NCBI GenBank assembly: GCA_038496445.1
Contig: JALMLS010000571.1
Location: 1-64,000 of the forward strand
DNA length: 64,000 nucleotides
Source of the DNA: Trichosphaerium sp. ATCC 40318
Taxonomy: Eukaryota > Protista > Tubulinea
Direction of reading: 5' to 3'
Below, in pieces: positions 25,996 to 37,509 of this stretch (positions are counted from its first letter, which is position 1; each line of letters begins with the position of its first letter). Under the pieces are notes generated by a model. That model did no database searches, was not told the DNA's origin, and worked only from the letters and a program-made list of their open reading frames with translations. The position numbers and the translations under genes were made by a program.

Positions 25996-26856
25996 TTAAA
26001 CACGTGACAGAGCGTCTTGTCGTTGTCCCATAGCTAATGTTGTAGCCCAGAACATATCAGTAACATTTTTATCATTCTTTGCTGATGTCTCAAAGTACTC
26101 AAGGCCACGTGAGTAGCTAAATTCTTTTGCTTCTTCAGTTGTAACTACTCTGTCTTCTTCTTTATCAGTTTTATTACCAACAATGATTTTGACGACATTC
26201 TATGTTATTGTGAGTTGCAAACACAAATTGAATGAATAAAATCTAGTTAAACATACCTCTGTAGTATACTTATCGACTTCATGAAGCCATCTATTTACAT
26301 TTCTCCAAGATTCTTTATCGCAAACATCAAAGACAATAATTACAGCTTGTGATCCCCTATAATAACAAGATGTGATAGTACGGAATCTCTCTTGTCCTGC
26401 TGTATCCCAAATATGTAGCTTATATACTTTATTAGAGCGTTCAAGCGTTTTTATTTTCTAAACAACAAAGTCAGTTAAAGGTTCTCTTTTTTCAAGTTTG
26501 TTCAACAACATAGTAAGAAAACACGCACAAAATCGACTCCAATTGTAGATATGAAAGAGCCAGAATAAGTATTGTCAGTGAATCGAAGTAAAATACTGGA
26601 CTATTATTGGCTTTAGTGTACTGATATAGTAAACGTGTTTATTACCTTTCCAACGCCACTGTCTCCTATTAACAGTACTTTTCCGAGGTAGTCGTAGTCA
26701 GCTGTATACGAATTCATTGTTTGAAAGTGCTAAAGTAACGTCAGAGAAATGTTGAGGCGCTTTAATGCGTACAGGCTGCGATTTTACGAGTTTCTTTGTT
26801 TGTGATGTCTTCTGTGTTGTTTGAGTAGTACTAGAGCCTGCGCAAGAGTTTCCCAT
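25996..26856 (-). CDS. Rab1/Rab8-like small GTPase with N-terminal MGNSC extension and no C-terminal cysteines, 5 exons
   Basis: [53 protein letters not shown]. Confidence 0.92.
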
Positions 26857-27212
26857 GTTGTTGTGTTCGTTGTATGTCTGTTAAAATGTTTATTCTGAAC
26901 CGCCGTTATTTGAAAATTGAAACGAAAAAAATACTTGGGTTTTCAAATAACCGAACAATAATTATAAGCCACCACATCAAACTCCGTTTACTTCTTAATG
27001 ACATGTTGACCATATAATACGTCTTTCTATACAGTTTAGAGCATGTATTACTAATATGGAGCAGTTTAGATGGAAAACGCTTTTTTATGCTCGAATTCTC
27101 CTGTTTACTTGCTCAAACGCTTAAACGAACGTAATATTACGCACTGCAGAGCTCAGAAGTTATTCTTATTTTTTTTTGTTTATTGTTTTTATGTTTTTTA
27201 TTGCTTTGTTCA

Positions 27213-29243
27213 TCACGTAGCCGGCGTTACCTGATGTTCGTCAGACTTAGTTTTCCCAAGTAAAAGTGACCATGTTTCCTCATATTTTTTACGTTCTCCG
27301 TCTGTAGGTTGAGGCATATACGGCCATCTAAAAAAACCACAGTTAACCAACTATGTAAGAGTTTCTGACAGTTTACCTGGCTTTAAGCAGCTGAGAGTAC
27401 ATTTTGTAAACGCTTGTATTTCCCACTACCCAAGCACCTATACAAAGTGCATGGCACAAATAATACACGTCATCACTGTGAGGGGCGTTAATTTGGAGAA
27501 AAAGAAAATACAAGTTCGTACGGTGTTAATTTATGATGCTCAAAGTTTTCTATAATACGTGCGGCTGTCTCGAAATCATCTAGCAACAATCAGATTGAAA
27601 TCTAAAGTTGGTATCTACGCACTCCTCAGCGAGTAGTAGACCACAAAATCTTGCCAAATGCTTCTTGGTACGCGATAACCGAACTCATACGTTCCTCGCT
27701 CAACCCAATCTAAAGCCTCTTTTAAATGATTACCTTTAAGGTACGCTGTAATGACTGTGAAGAAACTATCCGTCTAAACAATATAACACGTAAGTAAAGC
27801 CTATCTACGCGTTGACAGGACTTACAATGTCCACTCCTTCAAAGCAAGTGTATTCTTCGAATACTTGGCTAGCCAGTTTCCCCAATCCAAGGAACCCACA
27901 ACTTTGCATAACATCTTTCCAATCTACCGCATTAAAATCTATTTTTTGTTCGTTTTGTCAGAAGGAGATAATTAAGAAAAAAATGAGAATGAAGAACCTG
28001 TTGAATTTCTTTTTGCTGTGTATACTTCTTCAAATCTATCAACAGGCGCAAGTTCAATGTACCAATGCCATAAGTGATTTGTCATGCGTCCATGTTCTTT
28101 ATAAAATTTGTCAAGGTAAGAAAATGCTTTTGAATTATTGCCCAAATGTCTCATTATCTTTACAACTTGTACCATAAATACATCCTTATCAAAATCCTAC
28201 AACAATTCATAATAAGTATTAACACAACAATTAGGGCTTATATAATGTATGTGCATACAGTAGGTAAAAAAAAATAATAACCCACAAGCCGTGTGAAGAC
28301 CAAAAAAAAAATTGTTTTCGTTTTTCCGGAAAAATTGAAATATTTCTTTTTTGAAGAAAATACTAATTTTAACAGCTTTCTATGCTCACCATTGTAGCCC
28401 AATGTTCTGCTAATTCTTCCAATTTTGCGTTTCTCCATGATAACTGTTGTACACTCCTCGTTATCTGCTTGACCAAGTATAAAAAATCGGATTTGTACTT
28501 TGATATAACTTCCGTAAAATCAGGAAGCGCTTTAACCATAAGAAAGTACAGATCAATAGCCAAGTGAGGTCCAAGACTCGTTGAAACAACCATGAATATC
28601 ATCCTCGCCCAAGCCTAGGTTTATCCGTTTAGAAAACAAGGCGTAATAGTGTGTTTAAAGGCACCTCAAAGTCCAGTGTTGTCAGTTCTGATTTTATGGA
28701 AGATTCTGGGTACAAAATATCAAAAACAAAAGTTTCCGCCTCCTCTGTAGCATTGAAGCAACTAATAGCCAATGCGAAGGTTGATATTTGCAAATTCGTT
28801 AAAGGCTTGTTTTTTTCTATTATGAAGTTACAAATGACGTTCTCTTTATTCTATTATCAGTTTTACGTACCTTTGAGGTATTTATACAGTGCCATTGCCC
28901 GTTTGAATAAAGGTTGTAAATCATTAACTGACACATCGTGTTGCCACACTATTACGTGTGGTGTTGCGTTTTCCGCGAGGTATTGGATAGAACGCATAAC
29001 TTTATCTTCTTCCTTGAGTAATTCGTTGTAGTGGTGTGTATACATAAATATAGCATCTTCGTGAACTATAGACGCTGGGTTGGCCTTTTTAAACCCTCTG
29101 TACGTCGCCGTCGGCAATTTATGCATAGAGCTTGTGAAAATCGTGGAGTAGTGCCCATTCGAGCGTCTACAGTGTTTGTGACGCGTCTTTTTTGTTGTAG
29201 TAATCCTAACGCGCTGTGCGTTCAAGAATGCGCCCTGCAACAT
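27213..29243 (-). CDS. Helical-repeat (PPR-like) protein, probably mitochondrial, multi-exon
   Basis: Arg/Thr-rich N-terminus MLQGAFLNAQRVRITTT; helical segments such as FFTVITAYLKGNHLKEALDWVE. Confidence 0.45.
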
Positions 29244-29465
29244 CCTTACTACTCCAACATCTCGGTTAGCTACAGTTTTAGCGGTTCCACAATTGATTTC
29301 TCGAGTCAAACGAAGTATACTTGATTATCCTTCTGACACATGAAGAGAAAGAGGGGATATGGCGATGATATAAAGGACAAAGAATACTTGGCTCAAATTC
29401 AACCAATACTGTACGCTAAAACACCCGCATACCGTCTAATACGCTAACTGAACGCACAAGAGCAA

Positions 29466-31119
29466 ATGCCAAGAAAAAACAAAGGGAACTAGCTTGGAAA
29501 CAACATCTTAAAAGTTTACAAACGCCGTATACATCTATAAAGGCCAATAAAGACACGTACGACTATTTCCAAGGGTATTTTTTTGTAACGGCTAAACCTA
29601 AAACTGTAATTTGGTTGTAGTCAAGCTTTCGGTCACAAATTCTACAAGCAATCAACCGCTATCGCTTATGCGTGTCAACGTAATGCCGGTGGGTTAAAAT
29701 CAGGAGACATTGAGGAGGAATGGACAGTTTTTGCTCAAGAGACTAAGTCTGCCAAAAGAATTTATGTTGCATCCACACGAGCTGCTTTCTGGCGTTTTTA
29801 TAATGTATTACCAGAATGGCGAAAAGTACACTATGAATTAATAATGCAAGACCATCCAGCACGTCTTTACTTTGATTTGGAGTTCTATACACGCCATAAT
29901 GAGGGCCTAGATGCTGAAGCTGTGCAAGCAACATTCATGAAGATTTTGGCCAGGTACACCACGTTTTCCTCGCTTCTGAAACTTCAGTTTGTGCAAAAAA
30001 AAAAGCAAAAAGAAATAGTTGTTTTGTGGCCGTTTTTGCTTTTAAAGTGCTAATCCCATCACTCTTTTGTAGTTCTCTACTTGAAGTTTATGATATTGAT
30101 ATGAGTGAAGAACAAGTTATAGTTTTAGATTCAACACGCAAAGAGAAATGGAGTCAACATGTTATTCTACCCAATGTTGTTTTCGAAGATAATATTGTTA
30201 TGGGGTACTATGTCAGAAGCCTTGTTGAATATGCCAAGCATCGCAGTGGTGAGGATTTTTCTATTCTTTTTGTTAACACGGAAGATATATCACATAAAAC
30301 ATGTGTTATTGATCAGGTACAAGAAGAACTCGTTCTTAGTTTTTTCTCCTTTTTTTCTTGTTTGTCTTCTTACTAACCGTCCTTTAGGGTGTTTACACTA
30401 GAAATCGTAATATGCGTTTATACAAGTCACATAAACGTAATGCTAAGCATTCTTTGATATACCACATGTCCTCAACATACGCAGTCAAGTCAGAAAAACA
30501 ACTCTTTTTTGATTCTTTAGTAACAGCAACAACAAAAACTGAGAATCTTCTTACTTCCGAAAATGCATCACCAACGACTTACAGTCATTCATACGCACCA
30601 TCACAAACAAGTAACATGCCATCACCACACACGATGATTGATAAATACCTATCGGATTACTTGATATCAGAACGTCCAGGTAGAGCCGGATACCTTCGCA
30701 CGTGGCGGATTTCAGGTTAGCACCCAAAAACAATACTTGCTTTATGCTAATTTGTTGAAGGGAATCGATTGACATACTATGTGGAGAATAATCGTTATTG
30801 TGAACGTATTGGACGAGAGCATAAGAGCAACCACGTATTATTTGTTGTGGAATTATCCAAAGGAGTTTTTTGGCAAGAGTGTTTGGATTCAGAATGTTCT
30901 GGTTTTAAGTACGTTTATATGTTCTCTGTTTTCAAACGGACCATCATTTGTTTAAATATTTCTCACATGCTTGTTTATTGTAGAGGCACCACGTTACCGC
31001 TACCTGTTGACATATGTAATAAATTGGGATTATCACGTTCGCAGTTTCAAGAAAGCCAGTTTTTGAATGATGCAGCTCTGTTATCTGCTATTGAAGAGAA
31101 TCCAGCATTATTTCCTTAA
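29466..31119 (+). CDS. PRIMPOL: DNA primase-polymerase PrimPol (AEP plus UL52-type Zn finger)
   Basis: HYELI..PARLYFDLEF (motif I), LDST..KWSQHVI (motif II), DQGVYTRNRNMRLYKS, RYCERIGREHKSNHV..QECLDSEC. Confidence 0.93.
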
Positions 31120-31331
31120 CTGTACCGCAACTTTAGACGGAACTTTAAAAATAGTAAAAACACCTTTGTACAAATATACACTACTTTGTATTTCTGTTGG
31201 ACAATCCGTAGGTTACCTTTGCACGTGATTGCAAATTAACAACAAGTGAATGATTAAATAAATAAATACTCAGCTGGTAGAGTTGATCATGGTTTTTACT
31301 TTGGACTTGTAAAGTTTACCCGTTTCCAATC

Positions 31332-33550
31332 ATGGCTTATGGTTGTTTGGTCGTTGCCACGTTTGCAGCTTTCGGTGAATGTACAAACTGCATTTAATTA
31401 GCGAACAAAGACACCTTTTCCATAACACAGAGCCTAAAATGCAATTAGTTGCTATACTGTTGGACCTTACTCTAGTGGTACTGTACGTCACTTAGATATT
31501 AGCTGAGGACCGTAATGGAAACCACAGATGCCTTTCGAGCAGTTTTGAGACTCTAAACTTCCAACACACCCTAACCAGCGCATTACCTTGTGACAAGAGT
31601 AAAGAAAACTCAATACTAACAGGCACGTGTTTATTTACGTGTCTACGCATTAAATCCGCTTCAAAACGCTACTGTTACTTATAAAGTAGAGTTTAATGGT
31701 TTTTACGCAATTGTGGAGCCCAATCCGTACTCGTCAGCGTATCTAGTCCACTACAACAAAAATCTCGCAGCCGAAATTGGATTTGATGAATCAGAAGCTC
31801 AAAATCCTTCGCTCTTGAGATACTTGAGCGCTCAGCAGCGGATACCTGGTGCATTGTATACAGCCCAAGTATATGCTGGACATCAATTTGGAGAATTCAC
31901 AGGTACGTCGGAGGGAGTCAGCTCGGAAGACTATCAACAATGTAGACCAGCTTGGCGATGGGAGAAGTGTGCATCTTGGAGATTGTATGAATATAAACAT
32001 GTGAGTTTCTCGAATGACTGCATCTAGTTGTGGCAGATGATGGATCGAGATGGTTCTTACAGTTTAAAGGCACAGGAATAACGCCATTCAGCCGAAAAGG
32101 AGATGGGTATGAAGGAAAAACCCCTCATTCTTTTTGTAATTGTTTTACCCTTGTAGTCGTGCTGGTTTGCGCTCTTGTATTCGTGAGTACCTGGGATGCG
32201 AAGCAATGGCTAATTTAGGTATACCAACAACACGTGCTTTGAGCATAACAGGAAGCAATGACATGATCATTAGAAATCGGCTGTACACTGAAGTACGAAA
32301 CAGGTTTTGGAATTGGCTGTACTTATCCTCTTAGCAATTCGGACCAGAGAGCGGTTCAATACTCCTTAGAGTATCCAAGAGCTTTATTAGATACGGTTCG
32401 TTTGAGTTCTTATTCCATAAGGGAGATGTTGAGACATTAACTCTATTGGTGGACTATACTATTGAAACACATTTTGCAAACATTTCCTCCAGAGAGGATA
32501 AATACACTACTTTTTTTAAACATGTCATGATAAAAACTGCTCATATGATTGCACAATGGCAAGCTGTAGGGTTTGTACATGGAGTCATGGTATACTATTC
32601 ATTATAGTTTTAACCATTAGCTTTCTTACCAACAATGCTAGAACACAGACAACATGAGTATTCTTGGCATTACAATTGACTATGGTCCTTATGCCTTCAT
32701 GGAGACATATGATCCTAACTTTGTTGTTGACAAAAAGCTTGATGACACAAGCCGTTATGTACGTTTAAACCAAGTTTATTGTTGCAATAGTTAACACATA
32801 TGATAGGCTTTTAAAAATCAACCGTCAGTTGGGAAGTGGAATTTAGAAAAGCTTGGTGTTGCTTTGTCTCCTCTTTTGAGCATTGCAGACACTTTGAAGA
32901 TTATTGACATGTATGATGAGACATATGAGGAAAAGTACGTTGAGTTGATGTCGAGAAAAGTTGGGTTGAGTTCATCAAACCCACATGTTAAAGGTCTTGT
33001 TGATAAGCTATTAATAGCAATGCAAGCTGGTAAAACTAAGTATACAAATGTTGACTAAGATTTATTGTTTTAGCTAAAGCCGACTATACTACTTTTTTTA
33101 CTCTACTATCTTCTCTCAATCGGAGTTGTACTGATCAAGAAGCTAACATACAGGCTGAAGAGTTTATGCTTCAGATAATTGCATCCGATGCAACAGAAGA
33201 CGGTTGGATATTGTTCTCTGAATGGTTGACAGATTACAGAGTGCGTATTTATCAAACAAAGACACATTTGTGCTACCGAATTCAAGAATAACAGATATTT
33301 AAGGAAGCTTGGTTGGAGGAACAAGAAGGAGCTCAAGACTTCCTTGTCGCTCTGATGAAGAAGTCAAACCCAGCTTATATTTTACGTAAGGGAGACATTG
33401 AGAGAGCAACAGATTTAGCAAGCAAAGGCAACTTTAGCGAGATACAGTAGTATGGTTTTTTAAACTCATTACTCTAACACTTTTTGATATTTACACTTTC
33501 TATAAAGCTTAATGGACATTCTCAGTACCCCATATGAAGATGACATATAA
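31332..33550 (+). CDS. SELENOO: SelO/YdiU-family protein adenylyltransferase (AMPylase); start uncertain
   Basis: [82 protein letters not shown]. Confidence 0.93.
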
Positions 33551-33903
33551 AGAAAAAAAAAACCAATTAGTTATCATCACGTGATAATTGTTGTCTTAGA
33601 TTTTGTTTCATGCTTATATTTTCTACAGATAATTAATTAACTACGATACGATACGTAGTCAAGTTGGTATTTAACACTGGGAACGAATGCAGTTGCAAAC
33701 AAACCTTATGTAAAACGCCTATAAATATTGAAGCTTGTACTATTTGTCTAGTGACGCTCTGAACACAGCTAATGAAGCATTGAATCATATTTATCATAGA
33801 AGTATAGTTTAAGCAATTACAACAAAACCTGTTCATTTTAAAGCAATTCCTATCCTTTGCAAGTGTCTAGATCGTTCCGGTGTCTTTCTGAGAATGATAT
33901 ATC

Positions 33904-34295
33904 TTATAATGTCACTTTATCTGCTTCCTTCAATGCGCCGGCAGGTGAAATAACGCCGTTGACCTTAATAGTTGTGTTTGTGACAGTATCAGCGAGCTGA
34001 GGGTATCTCTCAACCAAAATAGCTTTAAGTTGCTCTATATTTGTCTAATACGACGTGAGTCGCATACATGGAATCACAGCGTACGTTAGCCGGTATTTCT
34101 AAAGTAAACTCGTTCTTATCAGCGCCAAAGGCGGTCTTTATCTCTTCCGACGCGAATGTACACGTTACACGTGTTTTCTACAGTATTTAACGCACGATTT
34201 ACAGCGCTACATACTTGTGGAGGCACATAATCCTTATTTACATCGTAGTGTTTTGTTTTCTTTTTGCCCGACGTTCTGTTCATCATCTTCATCAT
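33904..34295 (-). CDS. MoaD/ThiS-like beta-grasp (ubiquitin-like) small protein lacking C-terminal GG, 3 exons
   Basis: Spliced product ...RVTCTFASEEIKTAFGADKNEFTLEIPANTNIEQLKAILVERYPQLADTVTNTTIKVNGVISPAGALKEADKVTL*. Two phase-0 GT-AG introns. Confidence 0.65.
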
Positions 34296-34714
34296 GTAAT
34301 TAATTTGTAGATCTAACAACGTTCGCTGTTGATCTCTTGTTGCTGCAGAAAAGGTAATTGTGTAGTAGTTCACTTAATGCACTCCGTACAACATTGTGCG
34401 CCACAAATGACGTACCTTTGTACCCCATAATCAATCGTGCAATAAGCAGTGCTAGTACGGTCCTACCAATACTATGAGATGAGTAGGCAATCCAAGCAAA
34501 CACTAACCGACAGTGTGCAATCAGAATGATACCTTGATACAGATCGAGGTTATTCAATCATTTGCTTGAGACAATTTAGCGGAGATAGATCAACGCCACA
34601 AATTTGTTATGTCAGCGATAAAGAAAAGGAGCGGGATCAAACTGGGAGCAGTTTGTCATGCACTAACGTTGCTTTATTATCAGATTGGAAATTTTTTAGC
34701 TAAACAAAATTGAT

Positions 34715-36112
34715 CTACATCTCCACGTGCGAGAAGGCACTTTTAGCTTCATTAATAATACTCTTCATAAAATCTTCAACTGTAGGTAAATCTTGTATCA
34801 TGTTTACTCCATCACCTGCCCAAAGTGGTGCTACATCGTAGTTCTTATCACTTTGTGCTTTTTTAATCTCAGAGCGAACTTCATCATGACTCTTCTCTTT
34901 GAAAAATTTATCTCCTTTGTACTCAAAGGATGAAGTCGTTTTGTTTGATAAAGATTTACCAAGTACTCCTTCAGGCCACTCTGCACCATCCGGTAGCTGA
35001 GCTACTTCGTCAAAAACTGTAGTGGGTATAGTACTAACAGATCCTGAAGCCTTGAGGAGGTTTGTTTTCCATTCTTCAGAAACAGTAGCTTCAGCTGTAG
35101 CACAAAACCTGGTGCCTTTGAAGTAACACAATCAGTAAGACACTCTTTAAATTATTCGGGTTACCTATTGAAACACCATCGGCACCAAGAGCAATTGCTG
35201 CCGCAAGACCCCTACCATTAACAATACCGCCAGCAGCTATGACTGGTATTTTTACTGCTTGTACGATTTGAGGAACAAGAGAAAAAGTTGGAAGACTGCT
35301 TCTAGTATAATGACCACCACAATCGCTTCCTAGACAATCGAGTTAGCAAACAGAGTAGACATACTCTCCCATTACCTTGTGCTATAACTGATGATGCCCC
35401 AAGAGATTCAGCATCCTTGGCTTGCTTCGCTGTTTGAACCTGAAACATAAACGGAATATTGCAATCCTGAATACGTTTCGTGCTTCAGTTATTAATTAGC
35501 TATATTGGCTTATCTTGTAGATGTAGAGCTGCAAATATGAGGCTCATGTGTACAAAGTGTTTTCACCCGAGGAGACTGATAAAAAAGACAAAATTTCTTT
35601 AAGTATCTCGATTCCAAAAAAACAAAGTCGGTTCATCAACTTCGCACGTGCTTATCACAATTTGACGTACAATTTTTGAACTGATACTGTGTCTATATCT
35701 GCGTCAAAGTTTGATAAAACCACAACCTTTGGTTTTAGTAACAAAGCAGCATCAAGCGGTTCAGCATTCTTCTCAAGAGAGAAAGTTGTGAATCCAACAC
35801 CTAAGCTTTTTTTTCAATAGAAAAAAAGCGGAGATTTCAGCGGATCGTACCGACATCAATTTCTTTAACGTCTTCAGCCTCTATTAGCTCTCTAGCTTCT
35901 GTTATTTGTTGTTTTACCTCATCTGTCGTTGAAAATCCACATCCAAGAACGCCTAAGCCGCCATTGATTGCTACAGCGGCTAAAGAAGCATTAGTTATAA
36001 TAACCGTTCAATAAAAGTGTCAACCTGCTAATTTTGCCTTTGCAGCACCTGCCATTGGTGCTAGCATTACAGGGTGGCGTATACTATACAACTTTGTGAC
36101 TCTCGTGATCAT
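34715..36112 (-). CDS. Nitronate monooxygenase (FMN TIM-barrel, NMO/2-nitropropane dioxygenase family)
   Basis: [66 protein letters not shown]. Confidence 0.92.
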
Positions 36113-36405
36113 GACGTGCTGACTGATTTGCTTCAAAATCACGACCCACAAAGACCGATCCAAGTGCAAAGGCAGGCGCCAATACTTACCTATGTTTGGG
36201 TAAAATGTGAGCTGAGAGTATGAGGACTATTGTATGTAGTTTGATAAAGATCAAACATATGAATAAGTTTTGATTGATGTTAATCAAACAAACATTCTTT
36301 GACTATGTACACGGCTTGAATTCCAAAAAGATGAGCATATACAAAACATACAAAGTACAATGGAATGTTTAGGGGTTTATTGGCGAAACAAGCTGTTGGT
36401 TAAGC

Positions 36406-36721
36406 TTAGGAGCATTCAATGAATTCAGTGCCTCTAATGGTCCTTGTACCAGACCTACAGTTGCGCGCATAGCATGACTTGCATTTTTTAGAACTTGTTT
36501 TTGCTTCTACACCAGGGTACTCCTTTTGTGGGCAAAATTTTTTTTTATCCTTACATAGCTGAACTCCAAAGCGAACTAAACCCTTCATTAAAACAAAAAC
36601 ACAAAAAAGCGAGTTCTAAAGACATACAGTATTTCCTGGAGCATTTACCATCACAGTCTGAATCGGATTTGACAATGCATAGCAAGCAAATAAATACGGC
36701 GAAGAGTAGCACGAGTTTCAT
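36406..36721 (-). CDS. Small secreted cysteine-rich cationic peptide, 2 exons
   Basis: Signal peptide MKLVLLFAVFICLLCIVKS. A 52-nt GT-AG intron joins the two listed ORFs into an 8-Cys mature peptide. Confidence 0.65.
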
Positions 36722-37509
36722 TTTAAGGGTGTAGTTGTTTGTATTGTTGGTGTTAGAGAACAATGCTAACTTAAGTGAGATATTATCTATTTTTACGTTT
36801 GTGATTCCTCAATAACTTACTATTAACTTCTACGCTCATTGAGGTACCCAAAGAAGTGAATAGAATCATAAATGAAACAAATTAAGTATCGGGGAAATAG
36901 TTACTACCGGACAAACTGCAAAAAACACGTGCATCGGAAAGGTAGTTTTATGATTGACGCCTTTGGGTGGTACTTAGGAAGTACAACCAGCACCTCGATT
37001 GAGCGGGCACAACCAACCTAGACGTTTTTTCGAACTTTCAGCTAATGCCAACAAACATCCAAAGCAATTCAAACGTGATGGGTTGAGGCGTATGTAACAC
37101 TTTTACGAAAGGGAAAGCAAAAAGTCACGAGTGAGATTCATTATCTTCTATTGTTCCTTATTTTGTCCTTTGTTTTAGATCTCCTATAAGTACATACGTA
37201 TGCCATTCTCATAGTACTGAAACTTTAATTGCCCATGGTACTTCCACTCGTTGTATTCTATGTTTTTCACATAACACTGTACTTTGCTGAAATTTCTTTT
37301 CATGAAACAGGTGTGGGTTCTTTTTTCACATTTATTAATGCTTCAGGGTGCAGTGCTACTTGAAATCTACTGGTAGGTACTAGCACTGAGTACTTTTCTC
37401 TATGTCAGACTGTTAAAATATTTCATTTATTAATGCCAAAGCGTTTGAGCACGGTAATACAAATAGAAGCACTTAAATAGCATTGACAAATGAGGTAAAT
37501 ATTTGAATA

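Noticed and set aside
14763-29479. Single-base frameshifts in the MORN gene (14763-14767), F-box/LRR gene (23116-23119) and PrimPol 5' end (29474-29479), read as pseudogenes or programmed frameshifting
   Set aside because: All are one-base deficits in homopolymer runs within otherwise intact genes, including a conserved one. Long-read consensus error is the simplest explanation; short-read mapping would decide.
36182-36200. ATACTTACCT resembling the 5' end of U1 snRNA
   Set aside because: No downstream U1 stem-loops or Sm site; it is simply the reverse complement of a 5' splice-site consensus.
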